Shown: positions 29,201-35,400 of the stretch, one piece after another
How positions within the stretch are numbered: position 1 is the stretch's first letter
Layout: the number at the start of each line of letters is the position of its first letter
Origin: Bacteroidales bacterium UBA1176
GTDB taxonomy: Bacteria > Bacteroidota > Bacteroidia > Bacteroidales > WCHB1-69
Assembly: GCA_002311645.1 (NCBI GenBank)
Contig: DBYW01000003.1
Coordinates: 166,567 to 230,566 of the forward strand
DNA length: 64,000 nt
Reading direction: 5' to 3'
Program-made: the position numbers and the translations under genes
Notes under the pieces: generated by a model
Seen by the model: the letters and a program-made list of their open reading frames with translations, nothing else
Databases searched by the model: none
Told to the model about the DNA's origin: nothing

Positions 29201-29787
29201 TGTCGGTCAATGCCGACCATGGCGGCAACACGGGTGAGGTAACGCTTGAGCTGACGGGCTCGCGTTTCCGTCCCGACATGAAAGTGTACCTGCGGAATGG
29301 CAACGACACGATATGTGCCGACACGGTGGTCTGGGAGAACTATTACCAGGCATTCGCACGTTTCAACCTGGCAGGCAAGGCGACTGGCGTCTATGATGTG
29401 ACAGCCCTGAACTTCTGCGAAGGGGAGGCTGTGCTGCCCAATGCTTTCACCATTGAGGAAGAGTCCCCATACGGCTTGAGCTACAACCTGGAATTTCCCG
29501 CTTCTCCCCGATTGCACCGCAATGTGGTGATGATGCTGGAGTTCGGCAACATCGGCAACGTGGACTTGCACGACCAGGTGCTGGAAATCACCAGCAACGG
29601 CGGTTGCCCCATTGCGCTGACTCCGGAAGATGTGAGCCTGGGCCAAACGGTATTGCGCATACCTCTGTCCATTGAGGGAGAGCCCGAAGGCCTGCTTCGT
29701 CCCGGAAGTTATGGTACCATCAGAATCTATACCTACACCGATCACGCACTCGTTTTCTCCATAATTCCCGTCAAATCCGTTGAATAA
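17272..29787 (+). CDS. Giant secreted modular surface protein, 4171 aa (choice-of-anchor-J-like head, FN3, three beta-helix modules, eight CARDB domains)
   Basis: Uninterrupted 12.5-kb ORF with signal peptide MKKLYFLTFALLLFSSALRGQ. Cleaved-adhesin-like ENFEGG..LPAGWSVIDANNDNRNW. Three modules of the form LYVT..G.GDGSSW..WVA.GTYYG..GVNVYGGF.GNEP...DIGC.E. Eight P-D-L-x-V CARDB units. Confidence 0.9.
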   Translation: MKKLYFLTFALLLFSSALRGQTVLSENFEGGTDVSWLPAGWSVIDANNDNRNWRFHTYSGYGAQVHSGNGCMISDSWYSGQGACTPDNWLVTPAVTLPANAVLYYWVVAQNHYYTGENYGVYISTNGGNTPNDFVSLFEESSVPSTYEQRAISLAAYAGQTVRLAFRHYNCYDEYWMNIDDVVITNDPSAGGGTTPIVPGPGDQCSLQIHLERTLGASSATYSVYYMVNNNYSSRTLLELDPSTASFDTTLLLPPSTLFELWGWDGGSDFRCRIIDGSGNVFEDSYYPNYRTLDACSAACNLYVTYGANDTLRNISDPNWIKVYAGDNSSTWWNLYNSTWTSVGHTWGEYIPVSAGVPFHFVWTEPDVVNHSSYFVIRDNSTNQEIFRKNAGEVLPDGEFLIYTPTCGSCAASDKCPLTIHLSRNANDPDHPGDYIVVYFVGGDYSNQHELRLGPSESSLDTTLMLCPDIPFELNTKWESGVGGYCGPDFQARFVNAYGNITNSGYYPSYSTSNPCARTCDYAVRIGAATALSGVNSTWIEIYEGNATTPFKTIGQSNYTSGTYYYPFSVTAGKQYRFVWHEPDQANHATYFYIMDQDDETIFTKNQYTTLADGEFFVVTPTCQAVLVTTDQPTNIQTYSARCGGTVHTDAIDNYNSSYGIDYGVCYGTTPNPTVNGTHTTTHSYSGGTFSFTHYLSNLQDNTTYYVRAYVSYMGNVTYGEQVQFTTPQAYFCQTPSSVNGYGLTGSSELITWQVNNVTMPIGSYTLQYKKATDSDWSAEISVTDTQYVLNGLLANTQYNVRVRSVCASENSSWKTASFTTPVAMMNHLYVTVTGSGNGSSWTNSMGSFSDALRLAAEIRRIYDTTVTIWVAAGTYYGDVDSLQAFKMYEGVNVYGGFAGNEPDNYDLSSRDFDANATILDGQNSHRVLYQDGSPTQTVVWDGFTIQNGAANYTSGNTWSRFGGGAILAQAFEMRNCRFLHNYSYSDGGAVLLRPNVSNPAFKFQNCVFSYNKSDDEGGAVASNIYMMNVNPDTLDLNLIFDHCDFTYNSANEKSALVDFYGILKFYNCKFKYNSAVSPSSGATYSGTVEGGRLFVNCEISHNKANEYAGLSNSTASLLNCIIVNNEDVNSYHAFSSGLYNFRGVMTNCVVWGNKVDGVPVNIYSTIYGYDEMLIQNCAIEGGFDFDGNPNNTFITLESENYGDAAGRNYPFFACPENGDYRLRGQSALVNAGVNNPDMPAQDLAGEARVYGGTVDIGCFEYQGEDLCIAPITMAAQDVYGTSATITWQNANPNEPLYYELSYKQENETTWTVYPGQLHTTWAMLSGLQPQTNYVVRLRTFCDAGHTSEYSPELNFTTSCANGYIHTTLVNGTTDYYWTFGGLPFDDGYSYSQQIFRADEMGSAGTIDTIYLQHDQTSQAAVRNVDIYMAHTLRTNFETGDDWIPFEQLTLVYSGNITVDCAADGTWIPVPLQVPFDYNGENNLALVFDDNTYDWINYYEGFRSHKTTEKTSMSVSRRMLDFDFTNLPTSYSLETECMNIIFAGSCATGGCDRANLSVMDVTPTSATLAFTQGANSTANDLQYRKVGDETYIVLPTSSSPYTLQGLTQNTEYEVRMRSRCGFEYGAWRTVRFRTGLKNLSRLYVTTTGNGDGSSWANATHDFLWALETAEMMKQTFGTAPDIWVAEGTYYGDTLHRDAFFMKEGVNVYGGFVGNEPDNYDLSQRDFAHHASILDGNNRRRVLNQREKFAEHTTWDGFTIQHGYLEQYIGNAAGAYLRGSVSLYNCVITDNDGSNGGVGGLQCIGDEHSIYVHGAYQTIYDSIFIRNCVISHNTNGGAIFDQHVLAENCVIEYNTSEYDGGGVTLTNGAKLRNSIVRHNTALREYYSYYELYHDGYGGGVYAGGRTVVENCEITHNVAANGGGVCDATGGNDSYRDYKSGIFNCLIANNTAYKGGGVYCNIESRVVGSTIVNNMIESEDDEDLGAGVIGDHNTLLLNCIIWGNKRNGTPEGYVHQQRNTIVFEANHVASDVAIEGEHNILLLSDSYAHGIFSPRFAHPAETAGANDTTRNVDWHLLPGSACINKGDTLVFGTTDLDGLVRVQQDTVDLGCYETPYNGVVLPSLPDSIVYVKEGGAGTGMGDSWENATASLTDALNIASLSRGQVWVAAGTYYGENASAANAFEMKAGVNVYGGFEGNEPPAFNLEERDLEHNVSILDGQQQQRVLYQAQDFVAEDSVAWDGFTIQNGRTTGNGAGVFMRQYSRLKNCIVQNNMVEGFGEKRGNGIYVYNTKNYSQGYFHDSGYTIISHCKIINNGAEMTSATVYGGGLYAWVAEIDHTEFAHNAASYGGGAYLYENVSLSNCLIHNNKASMYGGGVYMEDNDMQMVSCDIVKNTVARSNGGGGLYNKYERWGTWGEWDTLLMRNCIVWGNRFEGMDNDWHSPTYQEEVSIPDNIVQVRDINTSMKYCAVEGGYVGTGNMMLAPENDKFNGEQFYVRFMNPDQENFRLHPLSACVNKGSNGFVDAAFDFYGNIRINDTLVDIGCAEAGELECLPVTSVTVTVDCDSVQLMWNRVFMENQWQLSYGEVGADPTVILLNDTVYTIYDLPKGRNYTAFVRSICSADKQSEPSSSANFRTPLCLPEACTPVPGITADVQCDSVILTWNRGGNEAQWLLSYGESNAAPVELLVNDTVYTLKNLTYDHSYTAYVFAICDDTVRSDTSVWVNFVAQTCNVSVCPAVTGLTADVTCDSVKLRWNHNNDADHWVVSWGQAGEEHVLDTVENNVYVLRNLPLDQLYTVSVFALCNGNTLAGETSPLVTFRTQCLQPALLPDLHVTEVHYSNPVIGQTMRVQWTVKNDGDGDTPPGTTWPDYIWLVRDADVRLHDPNDMNLAQVTNLQALQSGESYTNTADVVIPNDLEPGNYYLFVFADQTDAYAIDFTPAGNGNLAPNPYTPSVTGNPYPYLKGLSHQTGWNANLPGEVVEVENLDNFFYVVVEILPTTYPDLVVTSVTHPLDVYSGNEISVTWTVKNQGTNKAEGQWVDKVYLSKDSSWTSEGFLLGTYQCVDTLLPDSSCQHTITARVPISYKDDYNIFVYTDQTNNIYESLQEANNVTMSSQPLYVYLSPYPDLMVTNIDMPAVVVNNGSYTCHYTVTNMGYGPTFAAFWRDLFKIGQETVLDSVGDHNWNYGFHNHSGVLNPGESYQGEITVTIPVDIYGEWNLFIQADADNAVFEYDADTNNVAMFTMRVNPPDLTVTNVTVSADTAWSGTEIAVSYTVVNTDGGAAYYQEYTNPKVKDRIYYGTSPNSYADGTATLIRTYEYDDGFSLGAGAQRTYTRTVTIPDGAQGPGYIFVECNSGETLFENGRTNNNMGASDEMFALLSPWPDIHVTRLAVPELTTLGSRFTVEYTVRNDGITDLNNEPVYQVFFSSNSPAVYNPMDAPIAVVRDVLTLAVGEEKTITADMQMSAGDLPGFYYLHMLVDADRDVYEHTGENNNYLISNQFEAQRYPLDLAIVALDVPDTVEWGQNVAIRINVKNLSEVYTTDSLWCQLYLSDNGSIYRLDPILNRPFAGLSPGADIWVELEYVIPLGSPSRAYLIANLERRHNPDIDISNDILEKILTINSIPVPDLSIIDVNVLDEVYSGQPARLVYKVRNISEVPVENQNWVDKLRCAANRDFMSLSYAKTNMTLNQNEFYLDTVEFTIPQPHTGYITLVLTVNDDQNMYEFYRNNNTVSIPITVYEQAPGDLIVTHVASDDTVVSGNQLHVQWDVENVGTNPMQGRNLRSLVYVSVDTIFDAGDRLLGSVTSELDLAVGASVQQTLSARVSGLSMGEYHLIVKTDVSNAFHEDNENNNSGFSAEPFVVGVRQLPFNTDMPDTLVNNEASDYMLTVGDQTRQTVRIHLHSEDSLLGAYNQIYATHNRMGDNLNYSYSTIGQYTANPELYIPYTMQGYYGVNLYGSTPVSNEQNTILRADILPFVIVSVNADHGGNTGEVTLELTGSRFRPDMKVYLRNGNDTICADTVVWENYYQAFARFNLAGKATGVYDVTALNFCEGEAVLPNAFTIEEESPYGLSYNLEFPASPRLHRNVVMMLEFGNIGNVDLHDQVLEITSNGGCPIALTPEDVSLGQTVLRIPLSIEGEPEGLLRPGSYGTIRIYTYTDHALVFSIIPVKSVE

Positions 29788-29801
29788 AAATAAAACACAA
29801 T

Positions 29802-31007
29802 ATGAAACCTGTTAAATCATTATTTGTAACCGCATTTATACTCTCGGCCTGCCTTTCGCTTCATGCGCAGTCCAACGCACATTTTGCCGGAGAGGATAAG
29901 AAGGTTGTGCATCTGAATGACAATTCGCAGCAAGTGGAAATCGGCCTGCCGGATTCCGACCCGACCCACTGCTATGAATGGTCCGGACCCAATATTCTGA
30001 CGGATCCCCACCAGCCTGTCATCACAGTGAATCCGCCGGATCCGACGAATGTCTACACCGTTGTCCGGCATTCCACCTGCGGCCCGGAGACCGACGAGGT
30101 GGTGGTCTCCTCGGTTGACACTATCAGCCTCGTCAGTGTGACCCCGCTTAGAGAATGTTACAACGATGGCGATTCCGTACATTTGTCGGATTTTGACATC
30201 GTGACCGACCCGCCCGGATATGGCTCGTTGGTTACAGTGTCACCCCAAGTTGTTTACAATGTCTTGTGGACCGATCTTTTGCCAGAAAAACCGATAGAGC
30301 TAACATTCAGCTTGCGCTATGGCGGTCACACATCCACCAAGAAAGCGACGGTGGATGTGTATAATGAGGGCTTTACTGTGTCGGCAGGATCAAGTGTCCA
30401 TCTCCGCAATATACAAAAAGCCTTGGAAAATTTGGCAAAGCTGGTGGAGAAAGGCAAAGACATAACCAAAGTTCTCAGCAAGAATAAAGCTTCCCCATGT
30501 ACTCCCGGATTCGATGCCGCATTGAATTTGCCAAGTGTGAGATTCTTCAGGGCCTGCTGTAATGGAAACGCCGTGCAGGGTTTTACTCTGTCTGGTATAT
30601 CATTCGCACCCACTATTTCTATGGATTGCTATTTCCCATTGCCTGGCTGTAGCGTTCGTGGATTAGGGGGGTTTAATGTACATTTTGGACTCGCGGCAGG
30701 TGCGACTGTGGGGCCTATCTCCTATACCTATAAAGGGGATTGCTCGAATTTGACAGCAGCACTCATTGGCGCTTTTGTTCAGGTTTCGGGAGGTGTCGAG
30801 TTCGAATTTCTCGACAGGGACATCCTTTCAGCACAACTTGATCTTGTGGGAACAGGGTCCACCAGTGTCAACTGGACTGTTGGGGAAGGTATAAACTGGG
30901 GGGGACTGACAGTAGACCTTTCAGTAGCCGGCAGCGTGACCTTCTTGAGTCTGTTTACGAAAAGTGTAAGCGCTCCACTTGGCCAACACGTATTTTTTAA
31001 AGACTAA
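29802..31007 (+). CDS. Secreted protein of unknown family, 401 aa
   Basis: Signal peptide MKPVKSLFVTAFILSACLSLHAQ. Starts 14 nt after the giant gene. The N-terminus has one Ig-like unit resembling those in the 2267-aa protein. The C-terminal half is Gly/Val/Ser-rich. Confidence 0.7.
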   Translation: MKPVKSLFVTAFILSACLSLHAQSNAHFAGEDKKVVHLNDNSQQVEIGLPDSDPTHCYEWSGPNILTDPHQPVITVNPPDPTNVYTVVRHSTCGPETDEVVVSSVDTISLVSVTPLRECYNDGDSVHLSDFDIVTDPPGYGSLVTVSPQVVYNVLWTDLLPEKPIELTFSLRYGGHTSTKKATVDVYNEGFTVSAGSSVHLRNIQKALENLAKLVEKGKDITKVLSKNKASPCTPGFDAALNLPSVRFFRACCNGNAVQGFTLSGISFAPTISMDCYFPLPGCSVRGLGGFNVHFGLAAGATVGPISYTYKGDCSNLTAALIGAFVQVSGGVEFEFLDRDILSAQLDLVGTGSTSVNWTVGEGINWGGLTVDLSVAGSVTFLSLFTKSVSAPLGQHVFFKD

Positions 31008-31013
31008 AGTTGT

Positions 31014-32441
31014 TTGAAGATGAAAAAAATATATACATTTTTTGCTTTTGCAGTTTGCACCTTGTCTTTTATGTGTGCGCAAGCCCAGAATTGTCGTTTC
31101 CCGGCATATACCACTGGCCATTACGTCCTGTCCATGAATTTGGAGTTGGACAGTAATAGCGTGTATATGCCCGATAGCAGCCATCGTGTCTGCGGGCTTG
31201 TTTTCTCCTACGAATTGAATGGCATGATGCCTTCGGAAGATGATAGCCGTATCATATCCATTACGGGCGGCACCCAAAACCCTTCGGGCTCGAACACTCC
31301 GCCTGCCCTCCTGTGCCGTCTGTTACAGGCATACCGGAGCAATTCCTTGGAGAACATCAAACAACAGTACCGGCCGGCAGACAGAACCACGTTCGACGTG
31401 GTCCTGTCGCAACCCGCTTTGGCCAGCCGGTATCTTGCAGCGATCTCACTCGTGGAGGAAATGAAGCTGACACTGACCTACGAGACAGACGACTACACCA
31501 TAGCCTTGGTGACCTGCTATAACCACGACACCGTGATGGCCATCACTCCGTTCTGTCTGCAACAGGTTGGTGGCCAATGGTTCGCTGCCATAGTCAATGA
31601 CAGCAGCACCACTGCAACGATAGTCAACATTTTGGCTTTCTTCGAGAATTTTGGAGTCAATGACTTTATCCCTGCCGAGGACATCGTGGATGTTGACAAC
31701 GACGGTGTTCCCAACACCTCTGACAACTGTCCTTGCAAATACAATCCTGACCAGAATGACAGGGATGGCGATGGCCTCGGGGATGTGTGCGACAACTGCC
31801 CCGAAAAGGCGAATCCCGACCAGAAAGACAGCGATCTCGACGGCATCGGCGATGTGTGCGACAACTGCCCCTTCCGATATAACCCTGACCAATACGACGG
31901 TGATGGTGACGGGGTTGGAGACAGCTGCGACAATTGCAAGAACCATCCCAACCCGAACCAGTTAGACTTAGACTTGGACGGCATAGGCGACGATTGTGAC
32001 GATGATATTGACGGGGATGACATCCTCAATGAGAACGAGACGGATGGGGACATGGATGCCGACGGCATACCGGACAGCATGGACAACTGTCCCATGAACT
32101 ATAACCCCGACCAGTTGGACAGCGACGGCGACGGCATCGGCGACGTGTGCGACAACTGCCCCGCAATTGCCAACCCGGGCCAGGAGGACGCGGACAACGA
32201 CGGTTTTGGAGACGTTTGCGACCCCGACCGTGACGGCGACGGCATTCCGAATACGAACGACAACTGCCCCGACAATTCCAACGAAGACCAACTCGACATA
32301 GACTGCGACGGTGTGGGCGATGTGTGCGACCCCGACCTTGACGGCGACGGCGTGCCCAACGAAAGCGACAACTGTCCCAACACCTTTAACCCCGACCAGC
32401 AAGACGCCAACCATAACGGCATTGGCGATGTTTGTGAATAA
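31014..32441 (+). CDS. Secreted thrombospondin type-3 repeat (Ca-binding) protein, 475 aa
   Basis: Signal peptide, a unique domain of about 210 aa, then about a dozen DxDxDGxGDxCDNCP..NPDQ.D units. Confidence 0.85.
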   Translation: MKMKKIYTFFAFAVCTLSFMCAQAQNCRFPAYTTGHYVLSMNLELDSNSVYMPDSSHRVCGLVFSYELNGMMPSEDDSRIISITGGTQNPSGSNTPPALLCRLLQAYRSNSLENIKQQYRPADRTTFDVVLSQPALASRYLAAISLVEEMKLTLTYETDDYTIALVTCYNHDTVMAITPFCLQQVGGQWFAAIVNDSSTTATIVNILAFFENFGVNDFIPAEDIVDVDNDGVPNTSDNCPCKYNPDQNDRDGDGLGDVCDNCPEKANPDQKDSDLDGIGDVCDNCPFRYNPDQYDGDGDGVGDSCDNCKNHPNPNQLDLDLDGIGDDCDDDIDGDDILNENETDGDMDADGIPDSMDNCPMNYNPDQLDSDGDGIGDVCDNCPAIANPGQEDADNDGFGDVCDPDRDGDGIPNTNDNCPDNSNEDQLDIDCDGVGDVCDPDLDGDGVPNESDNCPNTFNPDQQDANHNGIGDVCE

Positions 32442-32459
32442 AAACAGAAAGGAACGTTT

Positions 32460-35400
32460 ATGAAAAAACATAGCTCCATTTTCTTCAAAACAACAGCACT
32501 TGCTGTTTTGTTGACCATCCTGACAGGCGGCGCGTTTGCGCAGGCCCCTGGCGAGGGCACCCATAATGTGACCGTGGCCACGGGCTGCGGCAGCTATACC
32601 TGGAGTGCCAATGGCGTAAGCTATCAGGCCAGCGGTATATACACCTACGCCTACGAGAACACCTCGGGCGAGGCCAGTGTCGACACCTTGAAACTGACCA
32701 TTTATCCTGTGCCGAATGTAAAGATAAAGGGCAATGACACCGTCTGTTTTGGCGTGATTTCAGGATTGAAAGCCACCGGTGCAACCACCTACTGGTGGTG
32801 GCATACCGCTGACAATATGGCGGCAACCATCAACACTGTGCCCCGGGATTCCATCACGGTCACACTTACAGAAATAGACACCTTTATTGTGGTGGGAACC
32901 AACAGTTATGGCTGTCAGGCAACGGACACCTTGCCAGTATTGGTGCTGCCTTTGCCGAGTGTGGTTGCACATGCCCATACTTCCAGAATCTGCAAAGGGC
33001 AAAGTGTGGTGCTCACCGCCGAGGGAGCAAGCGCGTACAGCTGGAGTCCCGGAGGACTTTTAGGTCAACCCGTCGAGGTCAGTCCCAAGAGGACCACCAC
33101 CTATTGGGTTACGGGTGTCGATGACTTTGGCTGCCGCGCCAAGGCCTCTATCACGGTTGAGGTCGAAGCTGTGAAAATCATGGCTTCCCCCTCGCTGACG
33201 GTTTGTGAAGGGGAGAGCGTCACCCTGACCGCTTCGGGAGCGTTTTCGTATAGCTGGAACTACGGGGTACCCGGTGCCACCACCCCATCCATAGAGGTGG
33301 TTGAGTCCGGTGTCTATATCGTTACCGGACACCACAATGGTTGTAACACTTCGGACACTGCTATTGTCACAGTCCATCCGAAACCAAATGTCACAATCAG
33401 CGGAAACGATGTGGTTTGCCCGGATGAAAGTTCCACGCTTACAGCGTCAGGAGCGGATGAATACTCATGGAGCAACGGACAGACCACGGCAAGCATAGAA
33501 GTGAATGCGGCCGGTGTCTACACTGTTACGGGCACAGACAGCCACGGATGCTCTGTCACCGTCCCCAAATTGTTGACGAATGGCACACATCCGATAATCA
33601 ACGTTACCGGTGCAGGCGAAGTTTGCAGCGGATCGACCCTGCTTTTAAGTGCGGAAAATGTGAGCACCTGTGTGTGGAAAGACACTTTGGGGAATATTTT
33701 AGGCAACACGCCACAACTCCAGGTCGCGCCGACTGAAAACATGTTGTATAAAGTCTATGGAGAAGTGAACGGGAACAACTGTTCAGGTATGGGTGTAAAG
33801 TATATAAGAGTTTACCCCTTACCCGAAATCAGTATCATATCGGATTCTCTCGTGTGTGAGGGAGGTGAAGTGGTACTTGCAGCCTCGTCGCATTATCCGG
33901 GGACAATCTCATACATTTGGCCCGGATACGGAAATGGCTCTTCCATTACGGTAACACAGAACGAATCCCAAAAAACATACACATTGGTAGGAGTAACCGG
34001 ACATGATTGCCGTGCATCCGTGTCGAAAACCATCAGAACCCGCATGGGTGTGGGACAGAGAGAAAGGATCAGTGTCTGTGGTGAGAACCGCAGCTGGCAT
34101 GGACAGGTCTACTTCACTTCCGGCACCTATATTTCTTCGTATGCAACATTCGACGAACACAATTGCCCATGCTATGACACCCTGGACCTGATACTGAACT
34201 ATAACACAGGTCAAACGGAAAGATGGTCCGAAAGTGAATATTACTACTGGGACAAAACCGGCCAGACCTACTATTATAGCGGAACTTATACCACCGATGA
34301 ATACCCCAACAGCAATGGATGCATGACAGCGGACACCTTGCACCTGACCATCATCAATGAAGATGTGTTCCAAAACGACTGTATGATCTATGGCTTTATG
34401 GTAAAGGAGGAGTCTTGTGACCCAGGGCATGACGGGATTATCAAGTTAAGTGTCGACGAAGATGCAGCGTCCGATTTTGACATCGAATGGAATTTAGGCA
34501 ATGGACAGACATCCTCAAGTTTGGTGGTGAACGGCGTTCGGAAAGGCTCATATCCCGTAAAGGTCAAGTCTCTCACTTGTCCCGATGTGATCTATTATGA
34601 GGATGTGATCGAGGTCACGAGAGAAGATGGCTGCCGTGATGATGATGACGACGACGACGATGGAGGGTCTGGCCCAACCGTATCTATTAGTGGCCCGACC
34701 TCGGTAACTGCCAGTTGTGAGGACCTTCCGTCGTGCACCTATACTGTCGTTGTTTCGGGAGGTACGCCTCCTTACAGTACGCCTCCCGTTTATACCTTTA
34801 CTTGTACTCCAAGCGGACATACCCGACTCTCACGTAGCGTCACGGATTCCAAAGGCCGAACAGGACACGGATACTTGGATGTATATGGGAAAAAAGAGGA
34901 TTGTCCCCATGACCCGAATCTGATCACGGGTCCGGAAGGCTACACGGAGGAGAAACGTTTTGTGAATGCCACGGACAAGATGGAATATCGGATTGATTTC
35001 GAGAACGATCCTAATTTTGCCACGGCGCCGGCCACCCGTGTAAAAATCACCTACGATGTGCCGGCGGAGCAGAACTTGGGGTCCTTCCGCTTGGGCGAAT
35101 TCGGCTTCGGCAGCTTCATCTATTCCGTGCCTTCCAATGTAAATTCCTACTACCAGCGTATCGATGTGTCCGACTCATTGGGCGTTTGGGTGGATGTGAC
35201 CGCCGGCTTGGACATCATGAACCACCAGCTGTTCTGGATTTTCCAGAGCATTGACCCGGCCACGGGTGCCGAACCGGTAAGCTCACAAATAGGCTTCCTC
35301 CCCATCAATGATTCCCTGAGCCATGGTGAAGGCTATGTCACCTACTACATTTCGCCTAACAGTACCGTGGCGACAGGAGACACAGTGGCAGCCCAGGCAA

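Noticed and set aside
31690-32441. TSP3 region as a DNA-level VNTR or mobile repeat
   Set aside because: The repeats are conserved at protein-motif level but degenerate in nucleotide sequence and spacing, unlike the array at 36-39 kb.
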